Assembly: GCF_964204865.1 (NCBI RefSeq) | Contig: NC_135257.1 | Location: 18,352,001-18,416,000 of the forward strand | Source: Styela clava | Lineage: Eukaryota | Length of the DNA: 64,000 bases | Reading direction: 5' to 3' | Translations under genes and position numbers: made by a program | Shown: positions 1 through 12,100 of the stretch, piece after piece | Layout: every line of letters begins with the position of its first letter | Position numbering within the stretch: the first letter of the stretch is position 1 | The notes under the pieces: model-generated | The model's database searches: none | What the model saw: the letters and a program-made list of their open reading frames with translations, nothing else | What the model was told of the DNA's origin: nothing

Positions 1-197
1 TCCTATTGTATTAGTAGAACTACACCGGATACAGGGTAATATTACTGGACTCCTCGCCGATGTGTTCACGTAGTCGCTGGTCGGTTACGGCTTCCTCCAC
101 CATAAAGTCCATGCCTCCAAAAACAAATAACTGGCTAACTAAGTAATCCCATACTTGACATCCTTCCCCCCGTGATAAATATGTAAATCCTATCCTA
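1..197 (+). mobile_element. SINE fragment (same family)
   Basis: CTGGACTCCTCGCCG..GGTCGGTTACGGCTTCCTCCACCA..GATAAATATGTAAATCCTATCCT. Confidence 0.8.
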
Positions 198-876
198 GTA
201 ACAATTAATGCTGCAAAATCTCACTTTTCTCGGTATGCTTTCCAAATATCACAGCTCCTAAATGCTATGCTGAACGAATTCGTTGCACTCTGATTATATC
301 TAATATTGCAAGCCCTTTCAAAACTAGCCGATAAAATTACATAAAGACATACAGAACTGTCTGTTAAAAACCACTGAAAACGTGTATGAAAAATTTTCTA
401 CGCTACTTTCCATACTTTTAATATATACTACGTTCTAAAGTTATATATATCATAGACTAATAGTATTAAACTCTGACAATATGAAAAAATTCAGTCATTC
501 AACTAATTTTCAATATATATGTTATACAAGGAACGTTTCAAGTTTTTGAACTTCCAGCGGGCAAAGATAGACCTTGTATCGGTCAAACTTCAGAGTTTCG
601 CTGTATAAACCATTCTTACCTGATTTGGAAACCCACAAATAATGGATTTTACTATCCAATAATAAGTAAAACGGTTAACTTTACACACAGTATAAATCAA
701 TCATCAAATCAATACCTAACTTCTTCGTGGCACAAATATAAAAGCATTCTTATGTGTACGTGAGATGGCATCAAATTGAATGATTATGACAATAATTATG
801 TAATCACGTGACTAGAGAAGTGGGAAGATATAGCGTTTTAAATGTGCTGACATGCATGCAGTACATGCTTCTATAT

Positions 877-1169
877 CTGGCATGGTCAAACTACGGCTCG
901 TAGGCAAAACCCGGCCCGTAAGATAATTCAATCTGGCCAACCAAACTAAAACACAAATTTGATGTTTTAGCTAAAAAATAGCTCAAGGAATTTGTTGAGA
1001 TGGCGATTAAATTTAGTTTGGACAAGAGGTTCATTGTTTTCCGCTTTTGCTTCTGTAATACTGTAAATATTGTTTATAAAATGTAACTTTTTACGTCGCA
1101 CTCACATGGCCCGGCAGTTTAAGTGGACAAAAATTTTGGGCTCTGGTCCATTAACCTTGCCCACCCCTG
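877..1169. mobile_element. hAT (Charlie-type) MITE
   Basis: Imperfect TIRs CTGGCATGGTCAA / TTGCCCACCCCTG, GGCCCG subterminal motifs, perfect 8-bp TSD TTCTATAT. Confidence 0.8.
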
Positions 1170-3210
1170 TTCTATATTATGCTATATAGAAAGTTCATAT
1201 TTCTCGAGCTGCAGAAAAATTAGTTCGTCTACCTCAATCCTTTATATTTTATATGAATCACATTTCTAGCGCACTATTTTCACGAGCACATTCTGGCCCT
1301 AGGGCTCCGATTATGATCTATTTTATAGTAATATAACCAGAATCGTCTAATTATTGTGAAATTAAATATCGGCCATAGTTTCGATATGTTCAACGTGTAC
1401 AAACTGACAAATCAAACCGGCTAACCTGTTTGAATTCGTTAAATTCTGATTATCAAATTGTTAATATTTTATTTACCAGATTATAAAATCGGCTATACTA
1501 CGCTACAGGCACCTCGCTGCTTAGAATTGTTTTTTCCGACACTCGCCCACATCTTAGAAATAGCATGATTGGCCTTTGTCAAGAAGTGAGGATCTAGCCT
1601 TGTGAAGACGTGGTCGCGACAAATTTCTCAATTTTGTTTTATTGTTCTATTGTTTTAATGATTGATTGTTTTGGTCAAACGTTGATTAGAATGTTTATTC
1701 GTCTATCAAGTCTGATCATCAGATTCAGATATTTATTTTCACCGTGCAAAAATCAATGTAAGCAATAAACGCACATAATAGAATAAAAAAACTAACACAA
1801 TTCATTCATGAACCAATTATTGACCAGATAGTATGTGCTGTTTTTGTTCAATATATCCTCAGTATTTTACAGTAATTATGATCAAATGTGCAATGAAGTC
1901 TCAGGATCTTAAAACAAAAGCAAAATTTGCAGGCTTCTAATTAAAAGAATTATTGATTTACCTTATATAAAATTTACATTTTCTATTTCAACTTTGCAGT
2001 ATTTAGTATTGGAACAAACGGAGAAAATGGTCGCCAATTGCGCAAATGGACGCCAATGGACGACGAATGCGCAAATGGTGTATTATTTCTAGAGTGATAT
2101 TCATCAATCCGCCTACGTTATTGTGTTATCTGTTATATGATACTGAGATATCTTACACGCCCCCGATCACGTGATGGTTTTAAGCCAATTAAAATTTAGC
2201 AGAATCGGATGTCTTTAGCCTCCGGCGTATTCAAGGAAAACTTTGTGTCGTAATAGAAATCTTGTGGGCAAACGTGACATATTATTTTTATATATTTATT
2301 ACGTCACGAGACATAAGAATACCATAAGAATGCATTTATTTGGGCTAATCTTCATAGCATTTTTAAACCACGTTCCCGCTTTATAACAAACTAAGTTTAT
2401 TATTTGTTTGCGTATAGATTATATTTGTACTTTTGTGAATTTGTCAGCAAGCAAATTAAGTCCGATATAACAATGTTGAATCAACTTTTTTCACGTCATT
2501 TGTTCCAAACAATTCTATGTATAAGCCCCTACTAATGAACTTACTATGAATTTGAGTGAGCGAACACGTACTACTTCTTTTAACATTACCTTTCCATCTA
2601 AAATCTGTGCGCTTCAAACCTTCTTTGAGGTTTTGTTTGCTTTCCCCGATTCTATAATCAGTTTTATTTATTTTGTGTTTATCAATTATTTTATCGTCTA
2701 TTATGCTGATTATGGAGTTGAAAAAACTTTCTTATACTCAACTTCACCATGACAACTTGATTGGACGTCGGTTTATAGAGTAAAAATGTCGGCAATGTAA
2801 TATTGTTTCAACCTTTAAAATGCATTGCAGTTCAAACTACTTTCCAAATTTTCAGCCGAATGAAATGTTACGTACTCAGATACCATTTATCAACGGCCAA
2901 CTGCTCACTGCGGCATATATAGTCCCGACGATTATTTTGACCTTCTGATTTCCTCGGGAATTATGCACCGATCATATTTGAGGAAGCGTAATCAGCAGTC
3001 GAAATTATTTGTAGAGTATTCATTAGGTTACCTACAGTTTCTTTCACCAACTGGGATTCATACAGAATGCATAGTCATAGTCATAGTCAAGTTTATTTTT
3101 TCCCATTCAGCAAAAAATAACATACGAAATTAACAAAATATCAATCAAGATCAATTATTTTACATAACAGGCAATGTTTCAACCGTAATTGCGTTTGTTT
3201 CCATCTATAT

Positions 3211-4075
3211 CAGGGATGGCGAACCACTGACCCGCGGGTCACAAAGTGAACCAGGTCGTTTTATCCGTGACCCACCAAGGCACGGATGAAATGAAAAAAT
3301 GCTAACATATCAGTGCTAAAAATTGATAAAACCGGCCTTAAATTATTAACTACTATAAACTATAACTATTATAATGTACCGTCAGTTGGGCAGTCAAGGC
3401 TGCGATCGCTCATATTCGAATTTATATTTCCGGGCCGGTATGATAATTTTCAAAACCCCTAATCTTGGACGCATGTCTGCACCGCTGTGTACCGATATTC
3501 AGCTATTGGCTCTGACATCGTTTATGATATAACAATGCAATTGATCTGGTAATTTTTCGCAACGCCTCGTCTCTTTTGGAAGTGCACCTGCATGCTTTTT
3601 TAGCGGTAATACGAGAACTAGATGCTACATTACATTTTATTTGTTTCTAGCCTATAATTCCAGTGAGAAAACAAAATCTTTCAGACTTGAAATAAAAACC
3701 TAGAAATCCGAAATACCAATGGGGCAGTGTAAAAGTGCCTTAATGTGGTTGGAAGCAGATCGAAAAATATAACACTATCAGAGTGGAATTCCCTCTAAAC
3801 CATTTGGTACCGTAAATTAATTTTCCCCATCATCCTAAACGTTTTTGGTAATTAATATGCTTGTTTTCGTACTCTCATTTCATATAATCGAGTGCCATAA
3901 AATGTCCCTAATGGAAATGCTGCATAATCCCAAAACTACACCAACACCAACAGAAGCTTACAAGATTTGATTCAGAAGTTTCTTATAGATACAAACATTG
4001 ATTAAATATCTGTGACCCACTCTCTTCTGTTCCGCGATAAAAATATAATTCATCAGAAATGGTTCGCCATCCCTG
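3211..4075. mobile_element. hAT non-autonomous element
   Basis: Perfect 16-bp TIR CAGGGATGGCGAACCA; TSD ATCTATAT/ATCTAAAT. Confidence 0.88.
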
Positions 4076-4489
4076 ATCTAAATGATTATGCCATTGATAC
4101 ATATTTCAGGTCGGGTCAACACGGCCTTCAAACTTATCGGCATTTTAGTATACTTCATATTATAAATCTTAGCGCCATGCAATCGTTAGCGCTCCCTAGT
4201 GACAATATGTCAAATAAAATATGATTCTCAAGGTGGCGATAGACGAGGGTGTTACTTTTGATTGACAGGTGCCCAAATTTTATGTGGTGGGCCTGATATG
4301 TCATGTTATCGTAGTGGAGCGTTTGAGGAATACAGGTCACAAATTATAAAAAAAAAACATCATTTATTAGCACATTGCGAGTATTGGCCATTGGGTATAT
4401 TTTATACATCTGTTTGTGCTAATTACTGTTTTGCGATTGAGTCTGAATTTGTTTTGTTCGCACGTCTGCACGTTGTAGATATTAAAAGG

Positions 4490-4948
4490 ATGTCTGACAC
4501 TGGCGATCGAAAATCAAGCTGTGGCTCATCCTTAACTTGTCATGCTTTAAGGTTAAGACCCGGCCAGAACATCACAGATGAAATTGTCAGATATGTGAAA
4601 GAAAATGAACTGAAAGCTGCGTTTATTCTAACATGCTGTGGAAGCGTCACTAAAGCAACTATTCGCATGGCGAATGCCAGTTCAACAAACACAAACGAAA
4701 TAAAAACTCTTGATGGGAGACACGAAATTACATCTCTTGTCGGAACTGTTTGTAATTCTGGTGATTTCCATCTTCATGTCACACTGGGTGATGTAGCAGG
4801 AAACGCTGTAGCAGGTCACGTCATTGGGGATATGGAGGTTTTCACAACTGCTGAGATTGTACTTGGTGAATGCAACGGCCTGTCGTTTACCAGAGAATTT
4901 GACAAAGAAACAGGATTTGATGAATTGTTAATCGGGAAACGAAATTGA
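4490..4948 (+). CDS. PPC/DUF296-domain protein, single coding exon, 152 aa (often auto-annotated 'GlmU-like' in animals)
   Basis: Motifs LRLRPGQ, AFILTCCGS, GRHEITSLVG, HLHVTLGD..G..V.GHV and VFTTAEIVL...F.REFD..TGFDEL. Likely start is ATG 4490, 11 nt after an acceptor-like TAG; the upstream part of ORF 4262 looks non-coding. Confidence 0.9.
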   Translation: MSDTGDRKSSCGSSLTCHALRLRPGQNITDEIVRYVKENELKAAFILTCCGSVTKATIRMANASSTNTNEIKTLDGRHEITSLVGTVCNSGDFHLHVTLGDVAGNAVAGHVIGDMEVFTTAEIVLGECNGLSFTREFDKETGFDELLIGKRN

Positions 4949-6185
4949 AGTCGCTCTGCTCAATGGTACCACCAATGAGTTTTTTTTCATAATTATGAGA
5001 GATTTGATGTTTGGGTACTGGGAATTTCTGCTCTAGAGTTGGTTGGTTGATTCTGCTCCTGGTTGCATATATCAAATCGCTTAATCAGCATAGTTCTGTA
5101 GTTGTTTGTGCAAATTTATAGAATGGTGTGGTTGCGGTTATGATGGTGTGAAACTGTACTTGTTGTGTTTACACCAATGACTAAATCAGCTAATTCAAGT
5201 GGTCTACTGCATCTCACTGTTGTAATGACATTGCTATTGAATCAGCTACTTATACCCGCACCAGGGGGACTCCTGAATAAACCTTAGTCCGATCTATAAT
5301 CCAGCCACCCATTACATTGATTGCCATACATCATTTTACAATTTTGCAACAAAATTCTCCCAGGATGTCAGAAAACAGAAAATTTGACTCCAGCGATCCA
5401 TGTTCTTATATTTATATGGAAAAGCATAACTTTGAAATTCCACCCCATGAGCTGGTTTGCGGTACTCCCGTAGTATGTGTACCAGGTTAGACCATAATTT
5501 TATTCCGATTTTGGAACCGTCTGTGTTAGCCAAGTGAATAAATATACCCACTGCCCATATGTTTCAGTCACTTTACACAACTTTATGTAATAAAGTAGGC
5601 AAACAAAATTAGTTGCCTTTGTATTGGTACACACTTCTGAAGCGCCAGTTTTGCTGCTCATATCGGGGAAATGTTTAATGCTATCCTGTCAACCAATTAG
5701 TTGAAGGTACAGCTAGCGGCAAATAAATTAAGTTTCATTGGTGACCCATGGTTTTGCATAAAGAGGTCGTACATCAGCACACAGGGATACAAATCATAAT
5801 TTAGACAACTTTCTATCAATAAAACCATTTATTATATGGTCATTTTAATATGGTTTTTCAGAATATCATCCCACTTATTTGAATGACCGACCACACTAAC
5901 TACCAGACTACTACCACAAAAGATTATTTGTTAACTGGAATTTATTTCATGGTACAATCTAGCTCATCATCATAAGAAGGCGAAGTAGAACGATTGAAAA
6001 TTTCTTCACATCTTTAGGTCTATGAACTCATTCCAAGATATTAAGTTTATGTGCTTTTTAGTTTAAATGCTTTCACGAGTCCTTATGGTCCAGTTCCCAC
6101 ATATCAAAACCTCTTATTGCATCCCCACACTAGCAGACATAAGACTCTACTGCTTTCTTCCATGACTCATTTCTAAGTTGAGCCT

Positions 6186-9100
6186 TCAGACATCGCCTCC
6201 AATATTAGTAGTTAAATCTTTGACATGGTCCTGCACTGCAGTATCTAATAGGGTGAAAATATCTTGACACCCTGATGAAACAGTTTCCAATGCTTTGCTC
6301 ATCTCATCTGCATGTAGCCTGTGTACAAAGTTGAAAGACAGAGCACATTAGAAGATGAAAATGAATCCACTTTCATAAACTTATGGCTCGTGGACATTTC
6401 CATCTATCAAAAAACACAATAGCCAAAGTCAAAATAACTCCGAAATAGGCCTCGAAATGAAGCTACCGTACTTTTATTTGGAAGGACCGGGATTTTTGTG
6501 GATCCATAGTGAAGGGGAAAGCGTCAAGAATTCGCTTGCCATCGCACCTCTGATTACTGTACCAGGGTTTACAAGTTGAATCTTGAGGAGGATAATTATG
6601 TGCAAGAGCAGTGTTAACTCTAAGGAAATTATGAGTGCGAAAGTGCTTCGCAGTCGATAAAAAAAGTGCGAAAGTGCTTTTCCTGATTTTAACTAGTTAG
6701 GTGCCCTAGCTTTCGTTTAAACTCATTTCAAACAGCATAGATACTCGAAAAAGCGCTCCTCCCGTTAATATTGTGAATTGAAGTCTTTCCGTTAACGGAG
6801 TTTCGTTTAAACCCTTGTTAAAAACAAGGGAATTCATCAAAGGTCACCTGATAAGCACACTTGCCCGGAATAAAAGTTTCGTGCAATCAACCACCAGCGT
6901 CAGTAACGAAGCGCACTCCCGCCTGAACAGACAAGCCTTGCAAACTTGTTTCTTCCATCTAACAGACACCGATTGATACATGCAGATATTAGTTACTACC
7001 GGCCATAGCTAGGGAGGGGGATCATTTGTACAAAACCCAGGCAAAATGACATCCCCATGACCCATCACCAATATCGCTTTAGTATAACACGCTTCCTCGT
7101 CCGAAAGAATATGCTTGAAAGTGCCGCCCTCTTCCCTTTTAAGAGATTGGTTAACGTCATGTTTCTCTGGCCAGTTTTTCTTTGGGAAATAACGCAAAAT
7201 CACCATGAAAGTACCGCTGTTTTTATAGATAGAGTGACCTACTTTCTATCGAAGATTTTTTTTCCGAAATATTACCCAAGATCACTTTGAAATCCCTTTC
7301 ATGAGCTAGCTTGGCCTAATTTATATTATACTGTCTCACAGATTACTTACGCTAAGACCTGTAATTTTCAAATATCGACTTGCATTGGTCTGCGTGCCAG
7401 TTAGTTCAAATCGGGTAGAAAACATCATATATTTGCAAATTTTTTAGAAATGCCATGTACTTCCAGCATTTATAAATAACGCTCTCTCTAATGCTGCAGA
7501 CCTAGTATGAAGTATTCGCATCTCAACGCCACTTTCAATTACACTAATAGTAATGATGACACCAAAGAGTTTTCCTTTGCGAAGGTACAGGAAATACAAC
7601 AGGGTGATTCTTGAAAAAAACATGAATGTAAAAAATAAACGAATGACATGATAGTGGTTCTCAAATAATTTTGAGTGTGACGCGAAATACCAATCCATTT
7701 GATAAATCTTTTTTAGTCGACCACGTGAACGCCGAAATCCTGGAAATTAAAGTTGAAAGAGCAGCATTCTCATATAAATAATCGCGATATATAATCGTTC
7801 ATGTGCACAAATCTCACATGTAGCATCGGTTAGTTGTGCATGAAATGTAAAACTCTTATGTGTGTGCGTTTCAATTTCAATAAAATCAAATTCGTTTTTC
7901 CATGCACCATTACTTGTAATTTTAATATTAATTGCGTTCCGAGTTTGTAAAGTTTAGAAACCTTTTATATATACCATTACCCCTATTTTGATTGGCTAAA
8001 GAAAGATAACACGTAACCGCTTTTCGGCAACATGGTATTCGTTTTATATCTGCTTTGAACAGAGAAAAAACATGTGCCCTCTCAGTCATCTGATCACAAT
8101 CAAAAATCCGTATTTATTTTTTTCGCGATTTCGGCAATCGTTATTATTAAGGGTTTTCGTCGACTGGAAAATAAACATCGTTCTGTTAATAATATATTTC
8201 AGGCCATGTTCTTTATATCCTGCCATAATTAGCAAATCTTTATTACGCAACCCATGATTATAAAATAGCTTTGCTTATCATTTGCTGCTGAATCTTGTGC
8301 TATCGCTTGTCAATTATAGCATAGACGTAAGGAACATATTTAAAATTTTCCATGTTTATACAGAAATTAGCGACGTTATCAGCGCCAACTAACAGAAAAT
8401 AACTTATCATAAAACACAATTAAAATTCAGTCGGTAATAAATGGCGCTAAGGTGATGCCATACAGAACAAAAAGATTTGGTCGCGAGAGTTACCTTAGAT
8501 GACTGTATAACGATGTTGTTTTATAAGCGGAAGGTAGAACAATCAAATTTAATAAAAAAAACGGGGGTTACGACACCCGTAACACATCAAGTTCATTAGA
8601 CATCTCTAAAGACTTCTAAGTTGGTTACTCGATTACACTATACTATCAATATTACACTTATTACACCTGTTTGAGTATTCCGGACAATTTCGAATTTGAA
8701 ATAAACGAAAACTCAACATATCATAATTAATACACAAAAGTAAAATAAACATTCATCGAAAAAGTTATTATTTAAGAACAACAACATAATCGTATAATTC
8801 CGCCCAACCCCGATGTTCGCAAGCTTACAAATATTCTCTGCGTTAATATCATAACCTCGCCTATAGGCAGGGTTGCCATATCATGCTTATTTCTAAGATT
8901 TATGCTTATTTTCTAGACGGCGTCTTATAAAGTAACAATGTGCTTATTTCTAAGAAAAGTGCTTATTTTTGAGTTGCGTGCTTATTTTGTCTTAGAAACG
9001 CGGATGACTTGTTCTTGTTTTGCGTACAAAGCAATTTGGACAATGAGTAAGCGTAACCATGAGTTCTGTTTCGAATATGAAAAGAAATTTGCTAATAACT

Positions 9101-12100
9101 ACTGCTATTGCGACATTGAGAAAGGGAGAAATCAGTAATCAGTGCCCACAATACTACCACAAAACATAATAAGCATTGTGGGAAACCAAAGTATGAAGAC
9201 TGTAGATCAAGGGTCGGCCACCTGCGGGCCACATCCGGCCCGCGGACAAAAATAATCCGGCCCGCAATGCTTCATTGAAACTTACGGATCGTTATTATGT
9301 TGTTTTTGTTCTTCATTAATAATTCGTTTTCCAAAAAAAAAATCGCTTTTGTTTTCAATTACTGAACCAAAATGAAATTTTCCGTGCGGAGAACTAGGTT
9401 CAGCGATAGGCTACCCATTTAGAAAATGTTCTAATATTGGTTTTATTCAGTGTTTCACCTGATGTCGAAAAGGTATCGAGCGTAATGCAACAAATAGTGT
9501 TAAATTAAATGTTATTTGTAAATATTTTGCATATTAAGACGACTTGTCGCAGTGTTCGCTCGCTAATTAAAGTCTAGAACCTCAATTTCTAATTTGTATA
9601 AATAATGTGGTTCATCAGCCACACGTTCAGTCTTTAACTTTCTCGAAAAAATATGTGCGGCCCGTCAAGATTTGTATTACTTGATTTTGGCCCACGAGCG
9701 ACAAAAAGTTGCCCCTGCTTTAGAGATTGCGTGTGGCAGTGATTCCATAGCTTTTTGCGATTTGCGTACAACCGTGTTCGAAGCGACTTCTAATGATCAA
9801 AATCGGAAGACTCGTGTATGATATCCTTCTTGACGCCCGTGCTTATTTTTGGCTCTGGGTAGGTGGCAACCCTGCCTATAGGACTGGGCAAAATATTCGT
9901 ATCGTTTCAATTCCATACTTTGCGCCAAAAAAGGTACCAACAAAGCTTCCTAATTTTAGAAGAGTCAAAATAAATAGACTATTCGAAATAAATATCCCAG
10001 ATTTCAAACTCCGTATATTGGCAGCATGAATTAGCCGTTTCAGGTAGGAGCCGCACATACATTGATTGTCGAAAATTAAAAGTTAAATTGACGTTCCGAG
10101 AGCCCACACACGGTATAACATGTACAGGCTATAACCAGAAAAAAATGACAAGTCATAATCCTTTTAATGTGCTTTCAATTAGCTCGTTAGTGATCCCTCC
10201 CATCCTTGACCAAGTAATGTTTCGAAAATGTGAACCTTCCACTCAGCCATGCATGGCGGTGGAGTGTTGAAATCGTGAACAAGAGTATAACGTAAAATCG
10301 ATCGTGAATTTCGATGTAACAACGCACACTGTCTCCGTCATGAATTGCGCCTATTAACATCGGAAATGATTAAATTCGTTATATTTTGAGTATTTTTGCA
10401 CCAATAATTAGGGCGTGATCATCAAAATGGTGAATTTGCAAATTCCGTAAATAAAATTGTAACATTTTAGCTATAATTATCACCGGGCAGGGGCGCAGCC
10501 AGGATTTTTTCAACGGGAGATTAGGGGGAAGTTAAAACATTACACCAAAACTGCAATTCGCGACGACGTAATGCGTTTATAACTAAAATGTAAGGTCGTT
10601 CACGGCGAAATTTCGCAGTTACGTGTAGCCCGCCTCTCTTTGCTGAACGGTCCGAAGTCCTATTTTAAAACATCGACCATTTATCCGTAGTCAGCGGGCA
10701 TCCACATCTAGAAATGAAACATTAAAAATCGCGAAAATTAAATTTGGAGAGATCTATAACTCGCAGATGTCAGTAGTGTCATCATGGTTTATATGTACAA
10801 AAACACGCTCGCATGTAGCGACGATCAAAATCATGAAAATGTGAAACTATTACTTGAAAATTATTGTTAATGAAGTTAAATTTTTATTGCCATTCAATGA
10901 TTATTTCATAATTTTGTCATAATCGAAGGCTGCAGTAAATTTTTTGTCGCCGCGATCGTGTTGTTAAACTATATTAAAGCATGTTTTTATTCACTAGCAA
11001 ATACTAATTCTCACGTAACGGCGGGCATCGTAGTTTGGTTTTTATATTTCGGATAGAATTGTGAATTCACATCGGCGAAGATTTTAAAGACAACTATTAA
11101 TGAGCGCATTCACAACGAAAATAGATTTTGTTCTGATTTTTATCTTCTGTGTAGGATTTGTATCAGTTCGTAAATTACGGTCCCGAGTTTGAGCGAACAA
11201 TAATATTATTACTGACCCCGGGATGCGATATTTGTGAAGCAGATAGTTGACATTTCTATGCTTTTTATTTTAGATCGTGTCGGTGTTACTTTCGTATTAA
11301 ATAATAATTGAAAAACTCCGCAAATTGGTTATCTCTTGAGTACTCAGTGTTAAGTATTTACGTAACTCAGCTTTGGGTTAAAACACTGATAGTAACTAAA
11401 CACGTGAATAAATTGGCAATAATGGCATTTCGACATGGTCAAAATAATATTTCTCACCAATATCCCATGAAAGTTCCATAAAATACATTATTTACTTGTC
11501 TTACTTATCGACGTTTCTAAATTTACAAAAACGATGTTGACACGCTTTATACAAAATCGTTTCAAATTTATTGTTTCTACATGTTAGCGATAGCCGTCTG
11601 GTTAATTCTTACCCGTAACTCGTTGTAAAGTAATGTTAATAAATTGTGTTTTGCTTTCCAATGCGCGGTTAACTGCGGTTAAATTCGTTTCATGGTGAGG
11701 AAGGAAAATACGTTTTCCGGAATTGCAATCAACAATTACACATTTTTTATTTATCATTATCAGCGCCGAATAAAAAAGATAACATATCGTGAAGACGAAA
11801 AAAGTCGTTGAAACTTAAGTTGAATTAGTTGCAATTAGCGCCTGATTAGGCACCAGAGCACTGGAGCCCAATGTTTTTAGCATTAGTCGCATATGTAAAA
11901 TATCCTTAAAGAAGTGCTGTTTATTAAAGTCATCTCGTCTTATGGCCACGCAGAAATGCCTTCATTGCCGAATTATTTAATCACGATTTTAAATCAACAT
12001 TCAGGATTGGCACAATCTCAGATTTGCGAGGTTTATCTGTAAATTAATACAGACACCATAAAAAAATTATAAAAGTTCATTATCGTCTTAAATATCTGCA

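Noticed and set aside
4262-4489. N-terminal 76 aa of the listed 228-aa ORF
   Set aside because: Non-ATG start, no domain features, and an acceptor-like AG just before ATG 4490.
7009-7206. Minus-strand ORF as the hAT transposase of the 6.65-kb element
   Set aside because: No BED finger, DDE or dimerisation motif that I can recognise.
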